Positions 16,288 to 25,165 of a stretch of DNA of 64,000 nucleotides are shown piece by piece (the first letter of the stretch is position 1; each line of letters begins with the position of its first letter). Made by a program: the position numbers and the translations under genes. Under the pieces are notes generated by a model that saw only the letters and a list, made by a program, of their open reading frames with translations, did no database searches and was not told the DNA's origin. This DNA comes from Spirochaetaceae bacterium (GTDB lineage Bacteria > Spirochaetota > Spirochaetia > DSM-27196 > PWMO01): contig RECP01000059.1 in the NCBI GenBank assembly GCA_007693945.1, positions 4,965-68,964 of the forward strand, in the 5' to 3' direction.

Positions 16288-17080
16288 CATCGTGCGCGGC
16301 TCTGTGGTCGAGCGTGCCGGCGCGGCCGTGACATCGAGGATAGGGCTGCTGTTCTATGCGCTGGGGTTCTTTATCGAAATACTGCTGGAGACGCTGCGCT
16401 GGATACGTCGCCGGCCGGCAGGATCGCGCGTGCTGGCGATGCAGATCCTGTTTACCGGAGTTGAAGCGCTGGCGGTGACCGCGGTACTGGCGATCGGACT
16501 GGGCGCGGTAATCATCGTGCAGGGTACCAGCTTGCTGCCGCAGTTCGGGCAGCAGCAGTTGCTCTACGTTATCCTGATCACGGTGATCACGCGCGAGTTG
16601 GGCCCCATACTGACCGCCGTGATCGTAGCGGCGCGCTCCGGCACCGCGATCACCACCGAAATCGGCAACATGGTCATCAACCACGAAATCGAGGCCTATG
16701 TTGCAAGCGGCATCAATCCGATTTCCTACCTGGTTGTACCACGCTTCCTGGGCGTAGTCATCTCGATGGTAGTGCTCAATCTGTATTTCAACATCTTCGG
16801 GCTGCTCGGTTCATGGATCATCAGCCAGCTGCTGCAGCCAATAGAGTTCTTCCACTACTTCCACGGCCTGTTCAGTGCGTTGTCGGTGGTCGATGTGTTC
16901 TCGAGTCTGGTAAAAAGCGTTGTCTTTGGCGCGATTGTCTCAACGGTGTCGACGTTTCACGGCTTCCGTGTCGAACGCTCGTCGACCGAGGTGCCGCAAA
17001 TGGCAATCAAATCGGTTGGTCAGGGATTCATCCTGCTGATGGTCGCCAACGCGCTGATTACGCTGGTCTACTACCTGTGA
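16271..17080 (+). CDS. MlaE-family ABC transporter permease
   Basis: The signature TRELGPILTAVIVAARSGTAITTEIGNM is present. A GTG at 16271 has a GAGGA SD 5 nt upstream. It overlaps the PHP gene stop by 17 nt. Confidence 0.85.
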   Translation: MSTPDSIVRGSVVERAGAAVTSRIGLLFYALGFFIEILLETLRWIRRRPAGSRVLAMQILFTGVEALAVTAVLAIGLGAVIIVQGTSLLPQFGQQQLLYVILITVITRELGPILTAVIVAARSGTAITTEIGNMVINHEIEAYVASGINPISYLVVPRFLGVVISMVVLNLYFNIFGLLGSWIISQLLQPIEFFHYFHGLFSALSVVDVFSSLVKSVVFGAIVSTVSTFHGFRVERSSTEVPQMAIKSVGQGFILLMVANALITLVYYL

Positions 17081-17111
17081 GCGGATCACCGACGGGCAGA
17101 GGCAGGCAGCG

Positions 17112-17912
17112 ATGAGCGAAGCAGCGATCACAGTCCGGAAGGCCAGTTTCACTCGCGACGGATTCACGGTGCTCAATGATGTCAGCGTCGATTTCCCGGC
17201 CGGACGGACGACCCTCCTTCTGGGACCGTCGGGATCGGGCAAGACAACGCTGCTCAAGATCGCCGCCGGTCTCTTCCCGCCCGACCGCGGCCGAGCCCGG
17301 TATCGCGGCGTGGACCTAACCGCCGTATCCGGTGAACAGGAGCGCGAGTTACGCCGCGAACTGGGGTTTGCCTTTCAGGACGGTGCGCTGTGGCAAAACA
17401 TGACCGTGTTTCAGAACCTGGCGTTGCCGCTGCAATACCATTACCCGCGCATGCTGCGCCGCGAAATGCAGGCGCGCATCGACCGACTGGTCAGCGGGTT
17501 CCCGATCCGCCGCCACATGGAGTTGCGGCCCGCGGCGCTGTCGGCCGGAGAACGCAAGATTGTCTCGTTTCTGCGCGCCCTGGTGCTCGACCCGCGCGTT
17601 CTGTTCTTTGACGAACCGACAAGCTCCGTAGATAATCAATCGGCCGAGCGTATTGAGAACATTCTGGCCGACCGCCGCAGACGCGGCGTGACCCTGATCG
17701 GAATCAGCCACAACGCCCAGCTGACCGCGCGCCTGGCGGACTACCTGTTGATTATGATCGGGGGCGCCGTCCGCGCTTTCGGACCGGTACGGCAGGTAGC
17801 GGCCACCGGCGACCGCGAGGTGCAGACGGTGCTCTCAGACGTGCTTGCCGACGCAGCCAGCTTTGACGGTGACATTCTGGAGCTGCTCGACGGCGCCGAC
17901 GGTGAGCCCTGA
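17112..17912 (+). CDS. MlaF-like ABC transporter ATP-binding protein
   Basis: Walker A GPSGSGKTT, ABC signature LSAGERKIV and Walker B VLFFDEPTS are present. Confidence 0.85.
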   Translation: MSEAAITVRKASFTRDGFTVLNDVSVDFPAGRTTLLLGPSGSGKTTLLKIAAGLFPPDRGRARYRGVDLTAVSGEQERELRRELGFAFQDGALWQNMTVFQNLALPLQYHYPRMLRREMQARIDRLVSGFPIRRHMELRPAALSAGERKIVSFLRALVLDPRVLFFDEPTSSVDNQSAERIENILADRRRRGVTLIGISHNAQLTARLADYLLIMIGGAVRAFGPVRQVAATGDREVQTVLSDVLADAASFDGDILELLDGADGEP

Positions 17913-17983
17913 CGCTGCCGGCCGACACCCGGCGGGCCTGTATTGACCAAGCGGTCGCCGATGGACTAGACTCCGGGAGTACC

Positions 17984-19006
17984 ATGAAGTTTCGGATTCG
18001 ATTTGTGAACCAGGTTGTAGGCGTGTTTCTGATCGTCGGACTTGGGTTCCTCTTCGCCATCCTCATATCGATAGGCAGTAACCAGCGCTGGTTTGCGCGC
18101 AATTACCGCTACTACACCGTTCTACCGAGCGCCTCGGGCGTCAACGTCGGCATGGCAATAACCTACAAGGGTTTCCAGGTCGGCCGCGTAACCGATGTGC
18201 GCCTTACCGAAGACAGCCAGGTTCACGTCCATTTCTTTCTGCAGGACACCTTTGTCGACCGCGTCTGGGAAAACTCCGTCATCCAGCTGGTGACGAACCC
18301 ACTCGGTATCGGGGGAGGCCTGGTATTCTATCAAGGGGCGCACCCCACCGAGCCCATTGCGGAGGAGTCGCTGATTCCGGCTATGAACAGCGCCCTCGGA
18401 CGCGAACTGGTACGCCGCGATCTGGTCAGCATACCCGAACAGGACGACACCATCACGCAGATCATCGAACAGCTGGGGCCGATCCTGGCCAACGTCGAAG
18501 AGGTTTCGGAGGCGCTGGTGGTAGTCATCGAGGGCATCGCGGCGACCTTCGACGGCACCGGTGAGGGTCCAATTCAGGAGTTGCTGAACCAGACCAACCG
18601 CCTGCTGATCGAGGCTGAATCGCTGATCGTCAATGCGGCGATCATCTCGGACAACGTTGCGGCCATGACTACCGAGTTCCGGGACCCGACCGGCATTGTG
18701 CCGCGCCTGATCGACCCCTCGGGTTCGCTGGCAACATTCCTTGATGACGAGGACGCGCTGTTCCTGCAGGTCGAGGCGATCCTGATGGGTCTCAATCAGA
18801 GTATCGCCGAGGTACAGGAGTTTGCCGAGTTCGTCAATGCCACGTCACCCCAACTGATGACCATTCTCGAGGAAGGTCGCGAGGCGCTGGGTGCCGGTCA
18901 GGACGTCATGGAAGGGCTGCGCAACAATCCCCTGCTGCGCGGCGGGATTCCCGCGCGCAGGGAACAACCCACTACGGTGAGAAGCTTTCGCGATGACGGG
19001 TTCTAG
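17984..19006 (+). CDS. MlaD/MCE-domain protein (N-terminal TM, long helical C-terminal extension)
   Basis: A TM segment VVGVFLIVGLGFLFAILI is followed by the MCE core GMAITYKGFQVGRVTDVRL. At 340 aa it is longer than proteobacterial MlaD. Confidence 0.8.
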   Translation: MKFRIRFVNQVVGVFLIVGLGFLFAILISIGSNQRWFARNYRYYTVLPSASGVNVGMAITYKGFQVGRVTDVRLTEDSQVHVHFFLQDTFVDRVWENSVIQLVTNPLGIGGGLVFYQGAHPTEPIAEESLIPAMNSALGRELVRRDLVSIPEQDDTITQIIEQLGPILANVEEVSEALVVVIEGIAATFDGTGEGPIQELLNQTNRLLIEAESLIVNAAIISDNVAAMTTEFRDPTGIVPRLIDPSGSLATFLDDEDALFLQVEAILMGLNQSIAEVQEFAEFVNATSPQLMTILEEGREALGAGQDVMEGLRNNPLLRGGIPARREQPTTVRSFRDDGF

Positions 19007-19946
19007 CATGAGGCCCTCCAGAACCAACCTGCAGCTGACACGGTTGGCGCTGCTGACCGCGATCATCGTACTGACCGGCTGCTCATCCGTGCCGGAACCT
19101 CCCGACGAGATTCTCGACGCGCAGAACCGCGCCGCGCAGCTGGCCGGCTACGGGAACAACTACTTCACCCGCGGGCAGTACCGGCAGGCACTGCAGTTCT
19201 TCGAGATGTCGCTGCGCGAAAACCTTTCCGTCGACCATCTGCCGGGTGTCGCGCGCAGTCACAACTCTATCGGACGGGTCTACCTCGCCGTCGAGGCTTA
19301 CGACAGCGCCAGGCTGCACTTTGACGCCGCCTACGCGATTGCCCGTGACGAGAACTCGCCTCGACTGTTGCAGCAGAGTTATACCAACCTGGGAGAGCTG
19401 GCACTGCGCCAGGCAGACACCGCCGCCGCGCGCCAGTACTTCACGCGCGGGATCGCCCAGCTGCGCCCCGATGAAAGCTCGTTTGAAGCGGCAATCCTGT
19501 ATCACAATCTGGCCGGTCTCGAGCATCGGGAGTCCAACGCCGGGCAGGCGCGGCGGCTGACAGAGCAGGCGCTGGCAATCAACGAGGCCGCGCGCCGCTT
19601 CGAAGAGATGGCTGCCAACTACTACCTGCTGGCAGCAATTGAATCGCAGGCCGGAAACCAGCAACAGGCGCTCGAGTACGCGCAGCGTGCGCTGGCCAAC
19701 GATAAGCGCATGGAGAACTCCACCGGAATCGCACAGGATCTGGCGGCGATTGCGCAGATCTACACGCGCATGGGAGACTACGACAAGGCGCACGACCATT
19801 ACCGGCGTGCCTATCATGTCTACTCGGCCTTGCGGCTGAACGCGCAGGCCGCGCGTGTGCTCGACCGCCTGCAGGAGACAGCGGCGCTGCAAGGCGACAC
19901 CGATCGCGCGGACTACTATCGCGCACGGCGGGCGGCGTATGAGTAG
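18993..19946 (+). CDS. TPR-repeat lipoprotein
   Basis: A signal peptide carries the lipobox IVLTGC. Several TPR-like repeats follow (YFTRGQYRQALQFFEMSL, IGRVYLAVEAYDSARLHFDAA ...). An alternative ATG at 19008 lies directly after the mlaD stop. Confidence 0.75.
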   Translation: MTGSSMRPSRTNLQLTRLALLTAIIVLTGCSSVPEPPDEILDAQNRAAQLAGYGNNYFTRGQYRQALQFFEMSLRENLSVDHLPGVARSHNSIGRVYLAVEAYDSARLHFDAAYAIARDENSPRLLQQSYTNLGELALRQADTAAARQYFTRGIAQLRPDESSFEAAILYHNLAGLEHRESNAGQARRLTEQALAINEAARRFEEMAANYYLLAAIESQAGNQQQALEYAQRALANDKRMENSTGIAQDLAAIAQIYTRMGDYDKAHDHYRRAYHVYSALRLNAQAARVLDRLQETAALQGDTDRADYYRARRAAYE

Positions 19947-20400
19947 AGCGCTGCCGGGTCTGCAGCGATTCGGATCGCGCCTGCTGCGCGCCTACGGCGC
20001 CGTCCTGCGCGCCGCAGGCGGCGTGGCGGCTGTGGCTGTGGCAACCGCCGCTATCGCGGTTATCGGAGTCTACCCGCTCTGGTTGCTGGCAACACGCGCG
20101 CGGCAGGTCTACACCGTGGCCGTCGGAACGGCACTGCTCGCTCTGCTGCTGCTGCTGCTGTACAAGAAGGCCAGACGCATACACGAGGCGGTACGCCACG
20201 GAGAGGTGTCCCGCGGGCTGTTTGTGCGGCGCGCACGAACGGCCGCCGCAGCGATCATAGTGCTTGCCCTGGGGTACGCTGCAGCGGTACTTGTGGTACA
20301 CGGTAACCTGGTGGCCGCCGGGTCAGTGGCCGTGATGCTGCTACTGGCGGTCGGTCTGCTGGTTGGGCGCCGAAACGGGACGGATGCGGATTCCAACTGA
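19939..20400 (+). CDS. small hydrophobic membrane protein (about 4 TM), unknown function
   Basis: The ATG overlaps the TPR gene stop by 8 nt. The protein is 153 aa with Ala/Leu/Val-rich TM segments and no recognisable motif. Confidence 0.5.
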   Translation: MSRALPGLQRFGSRLLRAYGAVLRAAGGVAAVAVATAAIAVIGVYPLWLLATRARQVYTVAVGTALLALLLLLLYKKARRIHEAVRHGEVSRGLFVRRARTAAAAIIVLALGYAAAVLVVHGNLVAAGSVAVMLLLAVGLLVGRRNGTDADSN

Positions 20401-21322
20401 CCTGCGTGCGGTAGCGCTGCTTGTTCTTGCGGCGGTGGTTCCGTGGAACCCCGCGCGCGCGGATGAACGCAGCTATCCGCTTATCGAGCACGCACGCCAC
20501 AACGACCCGCTCTACCGTCAGCAGCAGGAGGCCGTGCAGGAGTTCTACGTGCGCAGCGGCGCGGGCCGCAGCCTGCCGCAGTTGCAGCTGTTCCGCTACG
20601 TGCCGCAGCCCGGTGACAGCCTGATTCAGCTGGCCGCGCGCTTCAATGTTCCGTACAGCAGCCTGGCGACCCTCAATCGAATTCAACAGGCCGAAGTCCC
20701 GGCCGAAGACGGCCATCTGCTGATTCCGTCGCTGCCGGGCATCTTCGTGCCCGAGAACCCTCACTCAGATCTGGAACGCCTGCTTCACGAGTTGCGGGTC
20801 GACGGAGACCGTTCGAACCTTGACTATCTCCCGCTGACGCTCACGATCGACGGAACGCCGCAGCGGTTCCGCTTCTACCCCGGCGACGACTTCGACCGGG
20901 TTGAACGGCTGGCGTTTCTCAACGTTCTGTTTCGTCGGCCATTGCAGAACGTACGTATCTCATCGCCCTACGGCTACCGCCGCAGCCCGTTCAGCGGCCG
21001 GCGTGCCTTCCACTCCGGTGTCGACTTTGTCGCGCCGCTGGGAACGGCGGTACACGCCGCGCGTGAGGGTACGGTGTCCGCAATCGGCTTCGACCCGCTC
21101 TACGGCAACTTCGTTCTGCTCGACCATCACGCAGGATTCCAGACGTTTTACGGGCATCTGGATCAGATCGCGGTACAGTTGAACGACCCCGTCAGTTCGG
21201 GTATGATTATTGGAACGGTAGGTAATTCCGGCCTGTCCACCGGGCCGCACCTGCATTTTGAGATACGCCTGAACGGAGAGACCCGGGATCCGGCGCTGCA
21301 CATGCCGGGACTGCGACGATGA
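20384..21322 (+). CDS. LysM-domain M23-family metallopeptidase
   Basis: Signal peptide present. LysM region: VPQPGDSLIQLAARFNVPYSSLATLNRI. M23 ligand motifs: HSGVDF, GHLDQI, GNSGLSTGPHLHFE. The ATG at 20384 overlaps the upstream stop by 17 nt. Confidence 0.85.
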   Translation: MRIPTDLRAVALLVLAAVVPWNPARADERSYPLIEHARHNDPLYRQQQEAVQEFYVRSGAGRSLPQLQLFRYVPQPGDSLIQLAARFNVPYSSLATLNRIQQAEVPAEDGHLLIPSLPGIFVPENPHSDLERLLHELRVDGDRSNLDYLPLTLTIDGTPQRFRFYPGDDFDRVERLAFLNVLFRRPLQNVRISSPYGYRRSPFSGRRAFHSGVDFVAPLGTAVHAAREGTVSAIGFDPLYGNFVLLDHHAGFQTFYGHLDQIAVQLNDPVSSGMIIGTVGNSGLSTGPHLHFEIRLNGETRDPALHMPGLRR

Positions 21323-22326
21323 GACAATCTGCGCCCGTGGCGTTTGCAATCGGCTTTCTCACCGCGCTGGCCGCGGTTGCGGTCCACGCTGAACAGATTC
21401 GTGGCCCGGTAGTGATTGCGCCGGGTTCCGACGCGTCCCACGAGGCGTCCTACCGCGTCGAGGTGGGGATGGAGGAGATTGCGATTCTGCATCACGGTGC
21501 GGACGCCCGTTTTGTGGAGGGCATTCGGCTGGAGGTCCAGGTGCCACGCGGCGCACGGCTCTATCCCGGCACGCTCGGTCTCTATCTCTACCGGAACGTC
21601 ACGCCGCAGCCGGAACCACGGCTGATGTCACTGCGCGGTGACAGGGTCTTCTTCCTGCCGATCCCCAACGCGGCGCGGTTCTTTGTGACCGTACCGCTGC
21701 AGGAGGATCACATTTTCCGCGGTACGGCCGACACCTACGTTACTTCGGCGGTCCCCATGGAGGCGTTTCCCGTCGCGGTCACGCTGCTGCCCATCAGCAA
21801 GGCTATCAGTGCGGAGACCGCCGCCGCACGCTTCGTTGTGCGTGTAGAACCGATTATGCGGGATCTGGGTGCCGTAGAGCTGCTCGTGCGCGACCCGCAC
21901 GGCGTCATTCTGTCGGCCGAATCCGAGGAAGTCGAGGAGTTTACTTTGCGGCTAAACGGAGATACACTTATATACAGCAGGGATGAACAACTGATGTCCC
22001 CGGGACTCTATCGCATCGCACTCGAGTCCGACCGCTACGAGCATGAACAACTGACATTCGGGGTCGAGCGCGGGCGGGTGGTGCAGGTGGCTTTGCAGCT
22101 GAGAGAACCGCGATCTGTTGTTCGCTTCACGGCACCTGCGGGTGCCGAGCTCTTTGTCAATGGAGAATTGGTGGCGTACGAGGAACAGGAGTTCACGCTG
22201 CCCCCGGGCGAGCATAGCATTCTGTTTCGTGTAGGCAACTACTCGGTCAGCCGCCGCCTGGTCGTCGAGCCGAGGAAGAACTACCAGGTCTCGCTCGGGC
22301 TCGATATTTCGATCGAAGAAGACTAA
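21319..22326 (+). CDS. secreted protein of unknown function with a C-terminal PEGA-like beta domain
   Basis: The signal peptide ends AVAVHAEQ. The C-terminus (TAPAGAELFVNGELV...TLPPGEHSILFRVGNYSVSRRLVVEPRKNYQVSL) resembles a PEGA domain. There is an ATGA overlap with the M23 gene. Confidence 0.6.
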   Translation: MRQSAPVAFAIGFLTALAAVAVHAEQIRGPVVIAPGSDASHEASYRVEVGMEEIAILHHGADARFVEGIRLEVQVPRGARLYPGTLGLYLYRNVTPQPEPRLMSLRGDRVFFLPIPNAARFFVTVPLQEDHIFRGTADTYVTSAVPMEAFPVAVTLLPISKAISAETAAARFVVRVEPIMRDLGAVELLVRDPHGVILSAESEEVEEFTLRLNGDTLIYSRDEQLMSPGLYRIALESDRYEHEQLTFGVERGRVVQVALQLREPRSVVRFTAPAGAELFVNGELVAYEEQEFTLPPGEHSILFRVGNYSVSRRLVVEPRKNYQVSLGLDISIEED

Positions 22327-22413
22327 ATAAATCTCGTCGCGAGACGATAATAGGATTGTCGGTCACTGGTATAGTTCCCCTCCCAGTTTACTATATCGTA
22401 CCGATGACCATCT

Positions 22414-22447
22414 GGGCCGGTTCTGCAGAGCCGGCCCTCTTTTTTTT
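22414..22447 (+). terminator. rho-independent terminator
   Basis: GGGCCGG, a 10 nt loop, CCGGCCC, then TC followed by T8. This is the clearest intrinsic terminator in the window and closes the 15364-22326 gene string. Confidence 0.85.
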
Positions 22448-22521
22448 GAACATGTCCGGCAGTGGCCATCGAAGTGACTCAGCAGCGTAGCGAGGCGAGG
22501 CAACGCGGGACACCGCACGAC

Positions 22522-22550
22522 TTGACAAATCAATAGCCGATACGTACCAT
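22522..22550 (+). promoter_or_regulatory. candidate sigma-70 promoter of the PBP1A gene
   Basis: Perfect TTGACA (22522-22527), a 17 nt spacer, then TACCAT (22545-22550). The ATG at 22557 lies 7 nt after the -10, and no SD is visible. Confidence 0.45.
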
Positions 22551-22556
22551 TTGCAT

Positions 22557-25136
22557 ATGGTACCCCATCCCAGACGACGCGTCGCGCTATACCTCTCGAT
22601 TGGGATAACCGCCGTTTTTGCGGTTGTGATTGGAGTATCCACCGGCCTGGCGTTGGCTTCGGTACGCAATACACCCAATATCGATACATTCGGTACCCGG
22701 ACTACGGCGCTGCCGTCTCAGGTATTGGACCGCGAAGGACGCCTGATCACGCAGTTCTTCTCCGAGGAGCGTCGTGAGCTCGTCTCGATTGACGAACTGC
22801 CCAACCACCTGATCCATGCGCTTGTAACCAGAGAGGACAGCCAGTTCTTCGATCACAGCGGCTTCAGTATCCCCGGCACCGCGCGCGCCGCGTTCAACCT
22901 GCTGACCGGTCGCTACGTATCCGGCGGCAGTACCATCACGCAGCAGCTCGCGGGACACCTTTACGCCGACCGCAGAGAGTTTTCGATCACGCGCAAGCTT
23001 CGTGAACTGTGGTGGGCGTTTCAGATCGAACGCCACTGGACCAAGCACGAGATTCTCGAACGCTATCTCAACATGATGTACTTCGGTCACGGCAACTACG
23101 GTGTAGAGGCAGCTTCACAGTACTTCTTTGGGCACTCGGCGCGCGATCTGAGCGAGGCCGAATCGGTCATCCTGGTGATCCAGCTGGCCAATCCCTCGCT
23201 CTACTCACCGATCCGGCGGCCCAATGAAGCGCGCACCATGCAGCGCCGTATTCTCGACCAGATGGTGGCACGCAACTACATCACTGCCGAAGAAGCCGAC
23301 TATTCGTTTGCGGAATACTGGGCCAGCTACGATTTCACCCGCGCCAGCACGTCAACCGCCTTCTTCGAGCGCGAAGATCGCGCACCCTATTTCAGCGAGT
23401 ACGTGCGCTACCAGCTGCAGAACGAGCTGCTGCTGGGGAGCCTCGACATCAACCGCGACGGTTTTACGATTCATACCACCATCGATCTCGACTACCAGGC
23501 CGCTGCCGAACGTTACTTCCGTGCCGGTTTGCAGCAGGCCAACCGGATCTTCAACGAGAACGTGGCGACGCAGGCCGCACAGGGCGAGGCGCTTGTCCCG
23601 GTAATCGACCTCGTCTCGCTGGCATTCGATATCCCCGAGATTCGGGTTGGCGACGCCAAACAACGTCAGAGCGCCACGAATTACTACCGCACCAGGCTCA
23701 ATCCGATGGTCGATATGCTGGCACTGATGTTCGGAACCGACGAGCAGGACGAGTTGCGCTTTGTTTCGCGCATTTCGCATGCCCAGACGGCGCAACGGGC
23801 CCAGCGTACCACCGTGGAAGGCGCGTTGATCACAATCGACAACGATACCGGTCACATCCTGGCTATGATCGGCGGCAGCCAGTTCGAAGCACGCAACCAG
23901 TTCAACCGTGCCGCCGACGGCGCGGTTCGCCCCGGATCGGCATTCAAGCCGCTGTACTACACAGCGGCAATCGAAGAGAAGACCATCACGCCGGCTACCA
24001 TGATCTACGACTCCCCGGTTGTTTTCTGGAATGACGACGGAACGCCCTACACCCCGCGCAATTTCCGCGGCCAATGGCACGGCCCGGTTTTGGTTCGCGA
24101 GGCACTGTCACGATCGATGAACGTGCCCAGCCTGCGGATACTGGAACAGCTCGGTTTTACCGCCGCGCTGGACACCTCCGGGCGGTTGCTGGGTATCCCG
24201 CAGACTGATTTCACGCGGCGCAACCTGGTACGACGCTACCCGGTGGGCCTGGGCATTGTCGATGTTTCACCGATGGAAATGGCGCGTGCTTTTGCGACGT
24301 TTGCCAACCAGGGGCGTGAGGTACTGCCGCTCGCCATACGCTACATAGAGGACCGCAGCGGGCGCATTGTGCTTGAACCGGAACATGATCTGCGCGTGCA
24401 GCAGCAGCGCCGCGGAGCAGATACGCAGCTGGTATCGCCCCAGACCGCCTACATCATGACTGATATGCTCAAGACCGCCGTGGAACGTGGCACCCTCGCC
24501 GGAGCCGCGCGGCTGGCGGGCGGACTGCGCAGCGATATTCCGATGGCCGGCAAGACCGGAACCACCCAGAACTGGGCTGACGCCTGGACGGTCGGCTATT
24601 CACCGTACGTTACCACCGCGCTCTGGTACGGTTTTGACCGCGGCGGCTACTCGTTGGGCTGGAATCAGACCGGTGCAGTCACCGCCGGGCCGGTCTGGAT
24701 GCGCTACATGAAGGAGATCCACACCGATCTTCCGGCACGCGATTTTGTGCGCCCCGGCGAAGGTTTGGCCGAAGTTGTGGTCAGCACACGTTCCGGACTG
24801 TTGCCGACCGAGAACTACCGCGGCACGACCCGCACCGAGATCTTCCTCTCCGGCACGGAGCCGCGCCAGTTTGACGGAATGCAGCAGTTTGACGAGCAGC
24901 AGCGGCCGCTGCTGGTTGACCGTCTGCGATCAACCATCGAGTCAGGCAGTTACTCACTGTCGGGCGCTACGGAACCGGCAGCACGCGCGTTTCGGATCGA
25001 CCTCGATCTCAACGTCGATCTATCCCCCGGCCGGGATGCACCGGACGGTGCCGGCAGTCTAAGCGGCCCGGGCAGGCTGCCGCCCCTGTTTCACGATGAT
25101 GAAGACGATTTTGAGGGGAATCCGTTACTGGACTGA
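22557..25136 (+). CDS. class A penicillin-binding protein (PBP1A-type transglycosylase/transpeptidase)
   Basis: GT51 motifs EDSQFFDHSGF and GGSTITQQL. Transpeptidase motifs SAFKP (SxxK), SRSMN (SxN) and KTGTT. N-terminal TM anchor and a low-complexity C-terminal tail. Confidence 0.9.
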   Translation: MVPHPRRRVALYLSIGITAVFAVVIGVSTGLALASVRNTPNIDTFGTRTTALPSQVLDREGRLITQFFSEERRELVSIDELPNHLIHALVTREDSQFFDHSGFSIPGTARAAFNLLTGRYVSGGSTITQQLAGHLYADRREFSITRKLRELWWAFQIERHWTKHEILERYLNMMYFGHGNYGVEAASQYFFGHSARDLSEAESVILVIQLANPSLYSPIRRPNEARTMQRRILDQMVARNYITAEEADYSFAEYWASYDFTRASTSTAFFEREDRAPYFSEYVRYQLQNELLLGSLDINRDGFTIHTTIDLDYQAAAERYFRAGLQQANRIFNENVATQAAQGEALVPVIDLVSLAFDIPEIRVGDAKQRQSATNYYRTRLNPMVDMLALMFGTDEQDELRFVSRISHAQTAQRAQRTTVEGALITIDNDTGHILAMIGGSQFEARNQFNRAADGAVRPGSAFKPLYYTAAIEEKTITPATMIYDSPVVFWNDDGTPYTPRNFRGQWHGPVLVREALSRSMNVPSLRILEQLGFTAALDTSGRLLGIPQTDFTRRNLVRRYPVGLGIVDVSPMEMARAFATFANQGREVLPLAIRYIEDRSGRIVLEPEHDLRVQQQRRGADTQLVSPQTAYIMTDMLKTAVERGTLAGAARLAGGLRSDIPMAGKTGTTQNWADAWTVGYSPYVTTALWYGFDRGGYSLGWNQTGAVTAGPVWMRYMKEIHTDLPARDFVRPGEGLAEVVVSTRSGLLPTENYRGTTRTEIFLSGTEPRQFDGMQQFDEQQRPLLVDRLRSTIESGSYSLSGATEPAARAFRIDLDLNVDLSPGRDAPDGAGSLSGPGRLPPLFHDDEDDFEGNPLLD

Positions 25137-25165
25137 CCGGCTGAACAGAGCAGAGTAGCAACAGC

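Noticed and set aside
20143-20160. A (CTG)6 microsatellite.
   Set aside because: It is in frame and encodes a Leu6 run in a transmembrane segment. Slippage would only change helix length, and nothing suggests phase variation.
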